Shown here piece by piece: positions 30,985 through 41,453 of a stretch of 64,000 nt of DNA. Below the pieces are notes generated by a model. The model was not told where the DNA came from. It saw only the letters and a list, made by a program, of their open reading frames with translations, and searched no databases. The DNA is taken from NCBI GenBank assembly GCA_965242725.1, contig CBDESZ010000004.1, positions 64,001 through 128,000 of the forward strand, given 5' to 3'. The position numbers were made by a program, and so were the translations under genes. The stretch's first letter is position 1, and the number at the start of each line of letters is the position of its first letter. Origin of the DNA: Alkalispirochaeta sp. GTDB lineage: Bacteria > Spirochaetota > Spirochaetia > DSM-27196 > Alkalispirochaetaceae.

Positions 30985-31705
30985 ATGCATCATTCGTACA
31001 GCTGTCAACGCACCCGACGGCACAAAATGGAGATGGGCGGGGGCGCTCCTGCTGGGAACGGTCCTGTGGTTTGCCGCTGTGATCGCCTCGGAGGTCATTC
31101 CCCGCGTCTTTCTCGGTCTGGAACTGGAAGGAATTACCTACGCCCTCGTCGGTCTCATCCGTCTCATTCTTGGTGGTGCCGCTGTTTTTCTCGCTCTGCG
31201 GGTCGTCGGGCGCCGGTTTCGAGATATCGGCCTCGTCTCCGCGCATCTGACCGGTGATCTGGCGATCGGCGCGTCCGTTGCCGTGGCATTTGCTCTGATA
31301 CAGTTTCTCGTGATCATACGCAATACCGGGGGTGCCGGGCGAAGCGATGTGGCCGCCAACGCCGCCCAGATCGGCACGTCTTTCCTGGGCGTTCCGGGAT
31401 TTGTGATCCTCGCGTGGACGGGGGCGTTCAGTGAAGAGCTCTTTTTTCGCGGCCACTTTTTCACAGCCCTGCGGAAACTTCTCGGCCCGTCCCGGCTCGC
31501 CCTCGTTGTTGCCGTCGCCGCGACGGTAGTCCTCTTTGCCGCAGGTCATGGGTATCAGGGATGGGCGGGGATCGTCGATACCGGATTCTACGGCGGTCTG
31601 ACCCTTACCGTACTTTTCGTCTGGCGGCGCCGGCTGACGCCGTGCATCGTCGCTCACGCGCTGTGGAACACCCTTGCGACCGTCGTAATCTATTGGTGGT
31701 ATTGA
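30985..31705 (+). CDS. CPBP (Abi/CAAX) intramembrane metalloprotease, N-terminus probably frameshifted
   Basis: EELFFRG, FAAGH and AHALWN motifs. ATG 30985 behind GGAGG is out of frame with the main ORF. Confidence 0.8.
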
Positions 31706-31796
31706 AGAGGCCTATCATCACGGACAGCAGAGGGTGGTATCGCGTTACACTATCGAAGGGTATTTCACAATAGAAATAGTAAAATACCGTAAATAT

Positions 31797-31831
31797 TGCG
31801 AAATGCCATGTAGTCCCGTTATACTTTGAAC
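31797..31831 (+). promoter_or_regulatory. Sigma70-like promoter, probably leaderless
   Basis: TTGCGA-17-TATACT-6-ATG. Confidence 0.6.
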
Positions 31832-32074
31832 ATGAAAACGACGCTGGATATCCCCGACGCCCTCTACGGAAAGGTAAAGGGTCTCGCCGCGGCGAGGGGA
31901 GTGTCCGTCCGCTCTCTGGTGGTTCAGACTCTGGAACGGGCGGTAAACAATACGGAAGAACGGCCCTGGATGGATCTGTTCGGCATCATGGCCGGTGAAG
32001 CCGATGCGGTATATGAAGTGGACCGCGTCGTTGAAGCCGATTTGTCGACAATCAATCCGGAGGAGTGGCTGTGA
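31832..32074 (+). CDS. RHH antitoxin
   Basis: MKTTLDIPDALYGKVK, similar to the antitoxin at 1860-2111. Confidence 0.85.
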   Translation: MKTTLDIPDALYGKVKGLAAARGVSVRSLVVQTLERAVNNTEERPWMDLFGIMAGEADAVYEVDRVVEADLSTINPEEWL

Positions 32075-32448
32075 TTCTTGATACAAATGCCGTTTCCGCA
32101 ATTCTGGCCGGTGATCCGGCGATAAAGGCAATCCTGGAGAGTACCCGAGTTCTCGTACTTCCGGCGATCGTAGCCGGCGAGTATCGCTATGGCATTACTG
32201 CATCACGGTTTCGTCGGGAGCTTGACGATGTAATTGAAAGGCTCATCCAGGGCGTTACCTTTGCGTCGGTGGACGATCCCGTCTCCCGTCGCTACGCCGA
32301 AGTTCGTCGGGAACTCAAAGATGCCGGGACGCCGATACCGGAAAACGACGTGTGGATCGCCGCCACGGCGAGACACTACGAAATGCCCGTCCTGAGCAGG
32401 GACGCCCATTTTGATGTCGTGTCGGGAATCAAACGGGTTGCCTGGTAA
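32065..32448 (+). CDS. vapC: VapC PIN-domain toxin
   Basis: ILDTNAVS, GEYRYG, PIPENDVWIAA and SRDAHF motifs. Confidence 0.93.
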   Translation: MAVILDTNAVSAILAGDPAIKAILESTRVLVLPAIVAGEYRYGITASRFRRELDDVIERLIQGVTFASVDDPVSRRYAEVRRELKDAGTPIPENDVWIAATARHYEMPVLSRDAHFDVVSGIKRVAW

Positions 32449-32631
32449 TTTGAAAGCCCGGCGCCCCACAATCCGCGTCTTGATCAAATCGCAGGAAAAG
32501 TGTAGCCTCCGGCAAGATCACGTTTCGTAGACCGCTGACTGTACCCTTCCCTTTTTGGATCAAGAAACAGAAAAAGCAGATTCGAACGGCGATAATTTTA
32601 AGACTCTGCGAAAGGCAGAAGGAGTACACCT

Positions 32632-32904
32632 ATGGCTACAAAAATTTATGTTGGCAATCTGAACTTTAAATCCGGCGACTGGGACCTGAAAGAACTGTTT
32701 GAACAGTACGGCGAAGTCGAGTCCGCATCGGTCGTCACCGATCGTGACACCGGCCGCTCCCGTGGTTTCGGTTTTGTGGAAATGACCTCCGACGAGGACG
32801 CCAAAAAGGCGATTGAAGCGCTGAACGATCAGGATTTCGACGGTCGCAACCTTACGGTCAACGAGGCTCGCCCCCGGGAAGACCGAAGACCCCGACGGTA
32901 TTGA
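32632..32904 (+). CDS. RRM RNA-binding protein
   Basis: IYVGNL (RNP2) and RGFGFVEM (RNP1). Confidence 0.96.
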   Translation: MATKIYVGNLNFKSGDWDLKELFEQYGEVESASVVTDRDTGRSRGFGFVEMTSDEDAKKAIEALNDQDFDGRNLTVNEARPREDRRPRRY

Positions 32905-32978
32905 TTTAAGCACAATCCGTCAGCACGCACAGGCCGGTGGGAGGCGCCCCGCGCACTCCCGGCCGCCTCGTGCGTAAC

Positions 32979-33869
32979 CTACCTCCCCGCCAGCACAAGA
33001 AAATCCCCCACATACGGCGCCATTTCGCTGCCGCGACGATAGCCGACGGCAAGGTGCTTGTGTATCCCGTCCCGACCGATCCGATAACTTGCTACCTCGT
33101 TTCCGAGACGCTCCACCATCCAGTCAGGCAGGGCCGTCACGCCCCGTCCCGCCCGGACAAGTTCCAGCATCACCTCTGTCGCTTCCACGGCGCGGACGCT
33201 CCGTGGCTCGATCCCCTCTGGAATGAGCAGACGGGTAAAGAGATCTAGACGTTCCCGCCCGACGGGATAGGTCAACAGATCAAGGTGCAGAAAGGCATTT
33301 CCATCCACATATCGCTCTTCCGTGCCTTCCCGGTGAAGCGGAACGTCCATATCCACCCGCGCAGCAAGGCGCATCTCATACGGGAAGAGCGGTTCAAACT
33401 CAATCTCTTCCGCCGTCAGCGGATCCGGCGTTAACAGGAGGTCGATCTGATGCGTTTCGAGCGCCTCGATGCCGGAAAACTGGTGGCGTTGTATCACATC
33501 CACATCGATCGCGGGATGTTCCGCGAGAAACCGTGGAAGGATCGTGAGAAACCACTCGTAACAGGGGTGGCATTCCATGCCGACCCGGAGCGTACCCAGC
33601 CTTCCCTCTGCATAGCCTGCCAGTGTTAAATCGGCGTGAGCCAGCTGGGGAACGATACGGTCGGCGATGGAGCGCAGGTATTCCCCCGCCTGGGTCAGCC
33701 GGATGCGCCTGCCGTCGGGTTCCCAGAGGGCGACGCCCGCCTGCTCTTCCAGCCGCCGCATGGCGTGTGACAATGCCGATTGGGTCAGGTGCAACGCCTC
33801 CGCGGCGCTGGTAAGCGTCCCCGTCCGGGAAAGGGCGTGAATGATTTCAAGATGATCCCGTCTAATCAT
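32979..33869 (-). CDS. metR: LysR-family regulator MetR
   Basis: HLTQSALSH HTH and ECHPCYEWF motif; divergent from metE. Confidence 0.9.
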   Translation of the reverse strand: MIRRDHLEIIHALSRTGTLTSAAEALHLTQSALSHAMRRLEEQAGVALWEPDGRRIRLTQAGEYLRSIADRIVPQLAHADLTLAGYAEGRLGTLRVGMECHPCYEWFLTILPRFLAEHPAIDVDVIQRHQFSGIEALETHQIDLLLTPDPLTAEEIEFEPLFPYEMRLAARVDMDVPLHREGTEERYVDGNAFLHLDLLTYPVGRERLDLFTRLLIPEGIEPRSVRAVEATEVMLELVRAGRGVTALPDWMVERLGNEVASYRIGRDGIHKHLAVGYRRGSEMAPYVGDFLVLAGR

Positions 33870-33883
33870 GAACTATCCTCATG
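33867..33883. promoter_or_regulatory. MetR box
   Basis: CATGAACTATCCTCATG resembles TGAA-N5-TTCA and overlaps the metR start. Confidence 0.6.
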
Positions 33884-33952
33884 TATTTGTGAAAAAATAT
33901 CGTTATTCCTAATCGATTGCAACGAGTACATTACAATCCGGAGGAGATGTTT

Positions 33953-36427
33953 ATGACGGTACACAACCTTGGATACCCCCGGATCGGGCGCAAGAGAGAG
34001 ATGAAATTTGCCATTGAGCGCTATTGGAAGGGCGCCATCGACGCGGAGACGCTCCGTGCAACTGCCCGGCGCGTGCGGAATGAACGGTGGAAAACGCAGG
34101 CCGAGGCGGGGATCGAACTCATTCCCGTCGGCGACTTTCCCCTCTACGATCAGGTGCTGCAAATGAGTCTCACTCTGGGCGTATTTCCGCGACGTTTTCG
34201 TGAGAGCGGGGCGGTGGAGCGGCTGTCCCGATTGGACCTGGAGTTTGCAATTGCCCGGGGCATCGCGGCGTCGCCGAAAGAGGGTGGCGCGGCAGTGAAC
34301 GAAGACATCCCGCCCTCGGCGATGACCAAGTGGTTTGATACCAACTACCACTACATCACCCCCGAACTGGACGGCGCAGAGAGTGACTCCGAGGGAGGCA
34401 CCGGGAATCCCTTTTCGCCGGACCCGTCGGCGCTGGTTGAGGAGGCCCGGGACGCCCGGGCCGCGGGATATCGCCCCAAGGCGGTTCTTGTCGGTCCCGT
34501 CACCTATCTCTGGCTCGCGGGGGCTTCTCCCGACCTTGCCGCTCATGCCGGGGAAGCCTATCGCCGGATTGCCGATGCGCTTGCGCCCCATGTGGAGTGG
34601 ATTCAGTACGACGAGCCGATCCTCGCTCTCGATCTGCCGGTGCTCTGGCAGGACGCCTTCCGGGTCGCCTACGCCGCGCTGAATCCGGCGACGCCGGCGA
34701 CGATCACCGGGGCAGCGGGTACTGAAACCGGCGCACACCGCCGGCGCGCTCCGAGGCCCGCCGAGCCGCAGCAGCGCGCTCCCGTCCTCATCGCCACATA
34801 CTTCGGTCCCCTCGAGGAAAATCTCTCACTGCTGCTGGAGCTGCCGGTGGAGGGCTATCACCTCGACGCGGTGCGCGGACCAGCAGACATCATGCCCGCG
34901 GCGAAGGCGCTCCGGGAAGGGCAGATCCTCTCCGTGGGTGTCGTCAACGGCCGCAACGTGTGGAAAACTGACCGCGCCGCCGCTCTGGAGTCACTGATCC
35001 CCCTCTACCGCGACCTGCGCGACCGGTTGTGGATCGCGCCCTCCTGTTCGCTTCTGCACGTGCCGTTGAACGTCGAAGATGAGGAAGAGCTGGACCCTGA
35101 GGTGCGCTCCAGGCTCGCCTTTGCCGACCAGAAGCTCCATGAACTCGCTGCTCTGAGGAGGGACCTCCATGCCGGCGCCGCCGGTGACGAGACCGGCGCC
35201 CGTCGTCCCGGCCAAGGTCACACCGCCAGCCACACCGGCGCCCGCCGCCCAGCCGCCGCACACACCGCCGCACACGCGACCGGTCACGAGGCGGCCGGGC
35301 TCGCTCGCGGTACCGACACTTCCGCCTCCCGCCCCGGCGCCGTCCTCCCCCCGCCGGAGGAGCTGAAAGCCCTCGCCGAACGAAAGTCCTCCTACGCCGA
35401 GCGCGCCACCCTCCAGCGCCGCCGCTTCGGCCTGCCCGCCTTTCCCACCACGACGATCGGTTCCTTTCCCCAGACTGCGGAAATCCGCGCCGCCCGTCGC
35501 GCCGCCCGACGGGGAGAACTCTCGCCGGAGCGCTACGAGGAGCGCATACGTGAGGAAATCGCCGGAACGATAAAAAAGCAGGAAGAAATCGGCCTGGACG
35601 TCCTTGTCCACGGCGAGGCGGAACGGACGGACATGGTTGAGTACTTCGGGCGACAGCTTGAGGGCTTCGCCTTCACCGCACACGGCTGGGTCCAGTCCTA
35701 CGGCACCCGCTGTGTAAAACCGCCGATCATCTACGGCGACGTGGACCGTCCCCGTCCCATGACGGTGAAATGGATCACCTACGCCCAGTCCCTGACGGAC
35801 AGACCGGTAAAGGGCATGCTCACCGGACCGGTGACCATTCTCCAATGGTCATTTGTCAGGGAAGATCAGCCCCGGCGCGACACGGCGCTGCAAATCGCCC
35901 TTGCCCTGCGCAGGGAAGTGCGTGATCTGGAAAGCGCCGGCATCGGCATCATTCAAATGGACGAGCCGGCACTGCGGGAAGGGCTGCCCCTCCGGCGCTC
36001 CCGCCGACAGGAGTATCTCGACTGGGCGGTCCTTGCATTCCGCCTCGCCACCTCGGTGGTGACAAACCAGACGCAGATACACACCCACATGTGCTACTCC
36101 CGGTTCAACGAAATTATCGAAGCGATCGCCGCACTGGACGCCGACGTCATCACCATCGAGGCCGCCCGCTCCCGCATGCGCCTCCTCGACGCCTTTCACC
36201 GCTATTCCTATCCCAACGAGATCGGACCGGGCATCTACGACATCCACTCCCCGCTGGTTCCGACGGCGAACCAGATCGCGACGCTCCTCGAGCGCGCCCT
36301 GGAGCACATCCCCCGGGAGCGCCTCTGGATCAACCCCGACTGCGGTCTCAAGACGCGTTCCTGGGCGGAGGTGGAACCCTCCCTTCGCAACATGGTCGAC
36401 GCCGCGCGCCTCATGCGGGCATCGTAA
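33953..36427 (+). CDS. metE: Cobalamin-independent methionine synthase
   Basis: GYPRIG, MTKWFDTNYHY, PTTTIGSFPQT, HTHMCY and WINPDCGLKTR motifs. Confidence 0.97.
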   Translation: MTVHNLGYPRIGRKREMKFAIERYWKGAIDAETLRATARRVRNERWKTQAEAGIELIPVGDFPLYDQVLQMSLTLGVFPRRFRESGAVERLSRLDLEFAIARGIAASPKEGGAAVNEDIPPSAMTKWFDTNYHYITPELDGAESDSEGGTGNPFSPDPSALVEEARDARAAGYRPKAVLVGPVTYLWLAGASPDLAAHAGEAYRRIADALAPHVEWIQYDEPILALDLPVLWQDAFRVAYAALNPATPATITGAAGTETGAHRRRAPRPAEPQQRAPVLIATYFGPLEENLSLLLELPVEGYHLDAVRGPADIMPAAKALREGQILSVGVVNGRNVWKTDRAAALESLIPLYRDLRDRLWIAPSCSLLHVPLNVEDEEELDPEVRSRLAFADQKLHELAALRRDLHAGAAGDETGARRPGQGHTASHTGARRPAAAHTAAHATGHEAAGLARGTDTSASRPGAVLPPPEELKALAERKSSYAERATLQRRRFGLPAFPTTTIGSFPQTAEIRAARRAARRGELSPERYEERIREEIAGTIKKQEEIGLDVLVHGEAERTDMVEYFGRQLEGFAFTAHGWVQSYGTRCVKPPIIYGDVDRPRPMTVKWITYAQSLTDRPVKGMLTGPVTILQWSFVREDQPRRDTALQIALALRREVRDLESAGIGIIQMDEPALREGLPLRRSRRQEYLDWAVLAFRLATSVVTNQTQIHTHMCYSRFNEIIEAIAALDADVITIEAARSRMRLLDAFHRYSYPNEIGPGIYDIHSPLVPTANQIATLLERALEHIPRERLWINPDCGLKTRSWAEVEPSLRNMVDAARLMRAS

Positions 36428-36428
36428 A

Positions 36429-37979
36429 TCATTTTCTAGATTGAACTGACGTTCCGCGGGGATTCCTCCCCGGTACCGCGCTCCGGACCGCCTCGAGGGG
36501 GTAGAGGGTGGAGTCCCCGAAGCGGGTATCACCGGTCGCCTCCAGGGTGATCTCCTGCAGCTCGCCCGCGGGCAGAATGAGATCCGCCATGGTGAGCGTT
36601 CCCCCGAGGAGGAAGAGCTCCAGCGTGGACGCATCAACGATGAGGTGAAGATCAAGCCCGTCGCACTCAGCCGGGAGGGTAGCGGGATTTGCCACGCCGA
36701 AATGGGGTGAAAAGCCCCCGCCCGCCGCGGAGGTACGGTCGACTGCCACCGTTCCGGCGTGAAGATCAATGTGGATCGTCACACTGCCTCCACCGTGATA
36801 GGTGAGGCGGACTCGTCCCTCCCCGTCGCCGGCGAGATCGGTCAAAAGCTCAAGGGCAACCTCGCCGTCGGGGAAAAATCGGATCGCCTCTCCGGCGCGT
36901 CCCCGTTGGGTACCGTCCCTTCCGGCACCACTCGATGAAACGGGAGGGACGGGCCGACGGCGGAGTGTCTTCAGCTCCCGCACCGGCTTCTGGGTCAGTC
37001 GGAGCTCTCCGCCGACGCGTCTCAATCCCACTTCCCTCGGAAGGGTCATGACGCCCCGCCAGGGCGTCGTCGGTACATCACGGCTGTACGCCCACTGGCT
37101 CATCCAGGCGATCCAGACCGTCCGGCCCTGCTCGGCGGGAATACCCGACCAGCTCTGGGCGGCGTAAAAATCGCGGCCGTGGTCGACCCACCGTATCCGG
37201 TCGCCATCGCCGTCACTATGAAACTGAAGGCCGTCAAAGTGTCCCGTGAAGTACTGCGTACCCCCCTTATTGACGGGGGCCCTGTCGCCGTCACCGACGA
37301 CCAGAACCCACGTGCCTTCTCCGGATTCGCCGTTTTCAACGGGGAGGTACAACAGATCGGGACACTCCCAGATACCCGCGTGGGAGCCCCGGTCACTGCC
37401 GAAGGAGCCGGTCATCTCCCAGTCAAGCAGGTTCTCACTGCGGTAAAAGAGCACCTCGTCCTCATGGGCGACGACCATGATCCAGCGGCAGCTTTCGGCG
37501 TGCCAGAACACCTTGGGGTCCCTGAAATCAGCGCGGCCGGTATTGTCTATGACGGGGTTTCCTTCGTACAGCTCCCAGTGAACTCCTCCGTCGCGGCTGA
37601 AGGCGACGCTCTGGGCCTGATCGGAGAAATCGTCACCTCCGGGGCCGCCGGGGAGGACGCTTGTAAAAAGAGCCACCACTCCGCGCTCCGGACCAAAGAG
37701 ACCCGACCGGTTGTCCTCGTCGACAACGGCGGAGCCCGAAAAGGGAAATCCCGTCCGCGCGTCCGGTTTCAGGGCGAGGGGGAGTTCTTCCCAATGGAGG
37801 AGGTCGATACTCCTGACGTGGGCCCAGCTGATGGATCCCCAGTTCACGTCGTGGGGATTGTGCTGATAAAAGAGGTGGTACTCCCCAACGATATATACGG
37901 GTCCGTTTGGATCATTCATCCAGTTCCTGCGGGGAGTGTAGTGAACGCGCGGTCGCAGAGGCTCCTGGTAGAGGGACAC
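36429..37979 (-). CDS. GH32 beta-fructofuranosidase/levanase
   Basis: WMNDPNG, FSGS, FRDPKVF and WECPD motifs; GTG start behind AAGGAG. Confidence 0.95.
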   Translation of the reverse strand: MSLYQEPLRPRVHYTPRRNWMNDPNGPVYIVGEYHLFYQHNPHDVNWGSISWAHVRSIDLLHWEELPLALKPDARTGFPFSGSAVVDEDNRSGLFGPERGVVALFTSVLPGGPGGDDFSDQAQSVAFSRDGGVHWELYEGNPVIDNTGRADFRDPKVFWHAESCRWIMVVAHEDEVLFYRSENLLDWEMTGSFGSDRGSHAGIWECPDLLYLPVENGESGEGTWVLVVGDGDRAPVNKGGTQYFTGHFDGLQFHSDGDGDRIRWVDHGRDFYAAQSWSGIPAEQGRTVWIAWMSQWAYSRDVPTTPWRGVMTLPREVGLRRVGGELRLTQKPVRELKTLRRRPVPPVSSSGAGRDGTQRGRAGEAIRFFPDGEVALELLTDLAGDGEGRVRLTYHGGGSVTIHIDLHAGTVAVDRTSAAGGGFSPHFGVANPATLPAECDGLDLHLIVDASTLELFLLGGTLTMADLILPAGELQEITLEATGDTRFGDSTLYPLEAVRSAVPGRNPRGTSVQSRK

Positions 37980-38126
37980 GGTGCTGCTCCTTTCTCTCGT
38001 CGGTTCTTTCAGGTCCGGCATTCTATATGACATGCCTGCCCGTTGAAACCGCATTGCGGTCCGGTGCCGTCCGTCAGGAAAACCGCCGGAATTTTCAGGA
38101 AAACGTTGCGTACTTAAGGCGAATAT

Positions 38127-38215
38127 TGCAAACGCTTTCCTGAAATAAAATAGTAAATACCTTAAATATAAGTACTTATAATGGTGTAAATTGTTTCGAA
38201 AGGTAAGCGTTGACC
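38127..38215. promoter_or_regulatory. Putative LacI-family operators in the divergent promoter region
   Basis: TGCAAACGCTTTCC (38127-38140) and GGTAAGCGTTGACC (38202-38215) fit TGNAANCGNTTNCA; two LacI genes lie in the locus. Confidence 0.55.
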
Positions 38216-38270
38216 GTTGCTATCGCCGATTTCATACTGAAACAAAGAAAGCGTAATCAAGGAGGCACCT

Positions 38271-39578
38271 ATGAAACGCATGATACTTGGTCTCGCAGTC
38301 GCCGTTGCCGCCGTCGGTATGATATGGGCCGGCGGACAGGGCGAGAGACAAATGGATACCGACGAGGAAGGACCCGTCGTCATAGAAGTCTGGAATCACT
38401 CGGGCAAAGGGCCGGAACGGGAAGCCCTGGATGCAACCATTCAGCGATTCAATGAAATGCAGGATGAAATCCAGGTAAACCTCACCCGCCTGCCGGAGGG
38501 CTCCTACAACGAGCAGGTCAGCGCCGCCGCATTGTCCGGAGACCTCCCGGATCTCCTCGACTTTGACGGTCCCAATCTGTACAACTACGCCTGGTCGGGA
38601 CACCTTATCCCGATCGGTGAATACGTTCCCCAGGATATGAAAGAAGACTTCCTGCCTTCAATAATCGCCCAGGGAACGTACGACGGTCAGCTCTGGTCCC
38701 TCGGTCAGTTTGACTCGGGACTCGCCCTGTGGGGTAATCGCGCCTACCTTGAAGAGGCGGGGGTGAGGATTCCGACCTCCGTGGACGACGCCTGGACCTT
38801 TGAGGAGTTCAATGACGCCCTGGAGCGTCTTCAGGCGCTCGACCAGGTCGAGTACGCAATCGACGTGAAAATGAATTACGGACAGGGTGAGTGGTACAGC
38901 TACGCCTTTTCGCCGATCCTGCAGGCCTTCGGTGGTGATCTGATCGATCGCTCGGACTACATGTCAGCCGATGGCGTTCTCAACGGCGACGGCGCCGTTG
39001 AGGCGATGGAGTGGTTTCAAAGCCTCTTTGAGGATGGCTATGCCAATCCCGCTCCCGCCGGCGATGATTCATTCTTCGGCAGCAAGACTGCGGCTCTCGC
39101 CTATGTGGGACACTGGATGAAACAACCCCACCTCGAAGGGTTGGGCGAGGACAACCTTGTGCTCATTCCCATTTTCAAAGGTCCTGAAGAACATGTTACT
39201 GGAATGGGCTCGTGGAACTGGGGTATCACAAGCAATGCCGAGAACCCCGAAGCGGTCTGGACGTTCATGGAATTTCTCCTCTCTCCGGAAGAGATTCTCC
39301 GCATGACCGACGGAAACGGTGCGATTCCCGCCCGGGCAAGCGCCATACAGCAACGTGAAGAGTATCAGTCCGGGGGATGGCTCCATGTCTTCGTGGAGCA
39401 GCTTAACACCATCGCCGTACCCCGCCCGCAGACGCCGACGTATCCCACCATTACCAGCACCTTCGCGGAAGCGGTACAGAACATCGTAAACGGTGCGAAT
39501 GTTCAGGAGGAACTGGACGAGGCGGTTGAGGAGATCGACCAGGATATCCAGGACAACAGCGGATATCCCACCAACTAG
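38271..39578 (+). CDS. Sugar ABC substrate-binding protein
   Basis: WAGG signal end, LPDLLDFDGP motif and AAGGAGG RBS. Confidence 0.93.
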   Translation: MKRMILGLAVAVAAVGMIWAGGQGERQMDTDEEGPVVIEVWNHSGKGPEREALDATIQRFNEMQDEIQVNLTRLPEGSYNEQVSAAALSGDLPDLLDFDGPNLYNYAWSGHLIPIGEYVPQDMKEDFLPSIIAQGTYDGQLWSLGQFDSGLALWGNRAYLEEAGVRIPTSVDDAWTFEEFNDALERLQALDQVEYAIDVKMNYGQGEWYSYAFSPILQAFGGDLIDRSDYMSADGVLNGDGAVEAMEWFQSLFEDGYANPAPAGDDSFFGSKTAALAYVGHWMKQPHLEGLGEDNLVLIPIFKGPEEHVTGMGSWNWGITSNAENPEAVWTFMEFLLSPEEILRMTDGNGAIPARASAIQQREEYQSGGWLHVFVEQLNTIAVPRPQTPTYPTITSTFAEAVQNIVNGANVQEELDEAVEEIDQDIQDNSGYPTN

Positions 39579-39649
39579 AATCTTCGTGATTCAAAAGATT
39601 ACGGCGGCGGGACGTGCGTCCCGTCGCCTGTTCCAGTGAGGAGTAGCGT

Positions 39650-40579
39650 ATGAGCAATGTGACCGCCCTGTCGGGCGCTCCGGGAGTACAGAGGAAAAAG
39701 GAAGTCACCGCGGCATGGCTCATGTCCGCACCGGCGATCCTTTTGCTTCTGGTCTTTCTGATCGTCCCCTTCATCATGGCCATCGGGCTCTCCTTTACCG
39801 ATCAGCGATTGATCCCCAACCCGAACCTTCCCACAAAGTTTGTCGCCTTCAGAAATTTTTACCGTCTCCTCCAGGACGAAACGTTTCAACGGGCGATTCT
39901 GAACAACTTCTACTTCACCCTCGTGGTGGTGCCCGTTCAGACCTCTCTCGCCCTCGCAATGGCGATGCTTGTGAACCTGCGGATGAAATTCACAAACACC
40001 TTTCGCACAATCTATTTCTCTCCCGTGGTCATCACCATGGTGGTCGTTTCCATCGTCTGGTACCTTCTCTATAACCCGGAACAGGGGTTCATCAACCGCG
40101 CGATGGAGACGATTACCTTCGGCGCCTGGCCGGAGGTGCGATGGATTCACAGCACCGCGACGGCCCTGCCGGCGATCATGATTCTTTCGGTCTGGCAGGG
40201 CGTCGGATTTCAGATGATCATTTTCCTGGCAGGCCTCCAGGATATTCCCGATCAGCTCTATGAGGTTGCCGACATCGACGGCGCTTCGAGCTGGCAGAAG
40301 TTCTGGGGCGTCACCTTTCCCCTCCTCAGGAATACAACTCTCTTTGTGGTGATTTCAACGACCATCCTCGCCTTCAAACTCTTTAAACAGGTGTGGGTCA
40401 TGACCCAGGGAGGGCCGCAGGAGGCGACTATGACGGCAATCGTCATGATGTATCGGCAGGGATTCCGGCGGGGTAATATCGGCTATTCCTCGGCTATCGC
40501 GGTCCTCTTTTTTGTCATTGTCCTTGGAATTTCCCTGGTTCAGCGGAGTGTCATGAAAGAAGAAAGGGCGGTGGACTGA
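39650..40579 (+). CDS. Sugar ABC permease
   Basis: LYEVADIDGA loop and MTQGGP motif. Confidence 0.93.
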   Translation: MSNVTALSGAPGVQRKKEVTAAWLMSAPAILLLLVFLIVPFIMAIGLSFTDQRLIPNPNLPTKFVAFRNFYRLLQDETFQRAILNNFYFTLVVVPVQTSLALAMAMLVNLRMKFTNTFRTIYFSPVVITMVVVSIVWYLLYNPEQGFINRAMETITFGAWPEVRWIHSTATALPAIMILSVWQGVGFQMIIFLAGLQDIPDQLYEVADIDGASSWQKFWGVTFPLLRNTTLFVVISTTILAFKLFKQVWVMTQGGPQEATMTAIVMMYRQGFRRGNIGYSSAIAVLFFVIVLGISLVQRSVMKEERAVD

Positions 40580-40580
40580 T

Positions 40581-41453
40581 ATGACGGATCATATACGCGA
40601 GACTTCGGCCTGGCGGAGGAGACAGCGGATTCAACGCCTTGTCCTTTATCTCATCATGGCACTTCTGGCCCTGTTTTTCCTCTTTCCCACGGTCTTCATG
40701 ATTGTTTCGTCATTGAAGCAGGATCAGCTGCAGCTCCTGTCCGACATGAGTGGGCTGAAAGGATTTGTCCCCTATGGAGATATCGGGTTCGATAATTACC
40801 TCGGCGTCTTCAGGGAGATGCCCTTCGGCCTCTTCTTCTTCAATTCCGTTTTTATACTGGCCACCACCATAGCGGCGGGGCTCTTTTTCAACAGCATGTT
40901 CGCCTTTGCCCTGGCCAGGCTCCGGTTTCGGGGACGGGCGGTGCTCGTCAGTGCCGTTATCGCCCTCATTATCATTCCCATAGAATCGGTGGTCATTCCC
41001 ATGCTTCTGATGGTGAACGAGTTTGGATGGATAGATAGCTATCGCGTGCAGATATTCCCCTTTATCGGTCACGCCTTTTCGGTCTTCCTGTTTTACCAGT
41101 TCTTCATCGGAATACCGAAGGACTTTGACGAGGCGGCGATTATCGACGGCGCCGGATATTTCCGCGTCTATTCCATGGTCATCGTTCCCCTTTCCCGGCC
41201 GGTCTTCGCGTCGGTGGCGATTCTCCAGGGGATACAGCACTGGGGTCGCTTCCTTTGGCCTCTCATGGTGACCAGAGCGGAGACGTACCGGCCCCTGCCG
41301 GTGGCGATACAGCAGTTTTTCAGTCAGGACCCCAAACAGTGGGGATATATTTTCGCCTTCGCCTCAATGACAACGATCCCCCTGCTCATTCTCTTCCTGC
41401 TCTTTCAGAAGTGGTTTGTCCAATCTGTCGCGAGCACAGGGGTAAAGGGATAG
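40581..41453 (+). CDS. Sugar ABC permease
   Basis: DEAAIIDGA loop and FLWPL motif. Confidence 0.93.
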   Translation: MTDHIRETSAWRRRQRIQRLVLYLIMALLALFFLFPTVFMIVSSLKQDQLQLLSDMSGLKGFVPYGDIGFDNYLGVFREMPFGLFFFNSVFILATTIAAGLFFNSMFAFALARLRFRGRAVLVSAVIALIIIPIESVVIPMLLMVNEFGWIDSYRVQIFPFIGHAFSVFLFYQFFIGIPKDFDEAAIIDGAGYFRVYSMVIVPLSRPVFASVAILQGIQHWGRFLWPLMVTRAETYRPLPVAIQQFFSQDPKQWGYIFAFASMTTIPLLILFLLFQKWFVQSVASTGVKG

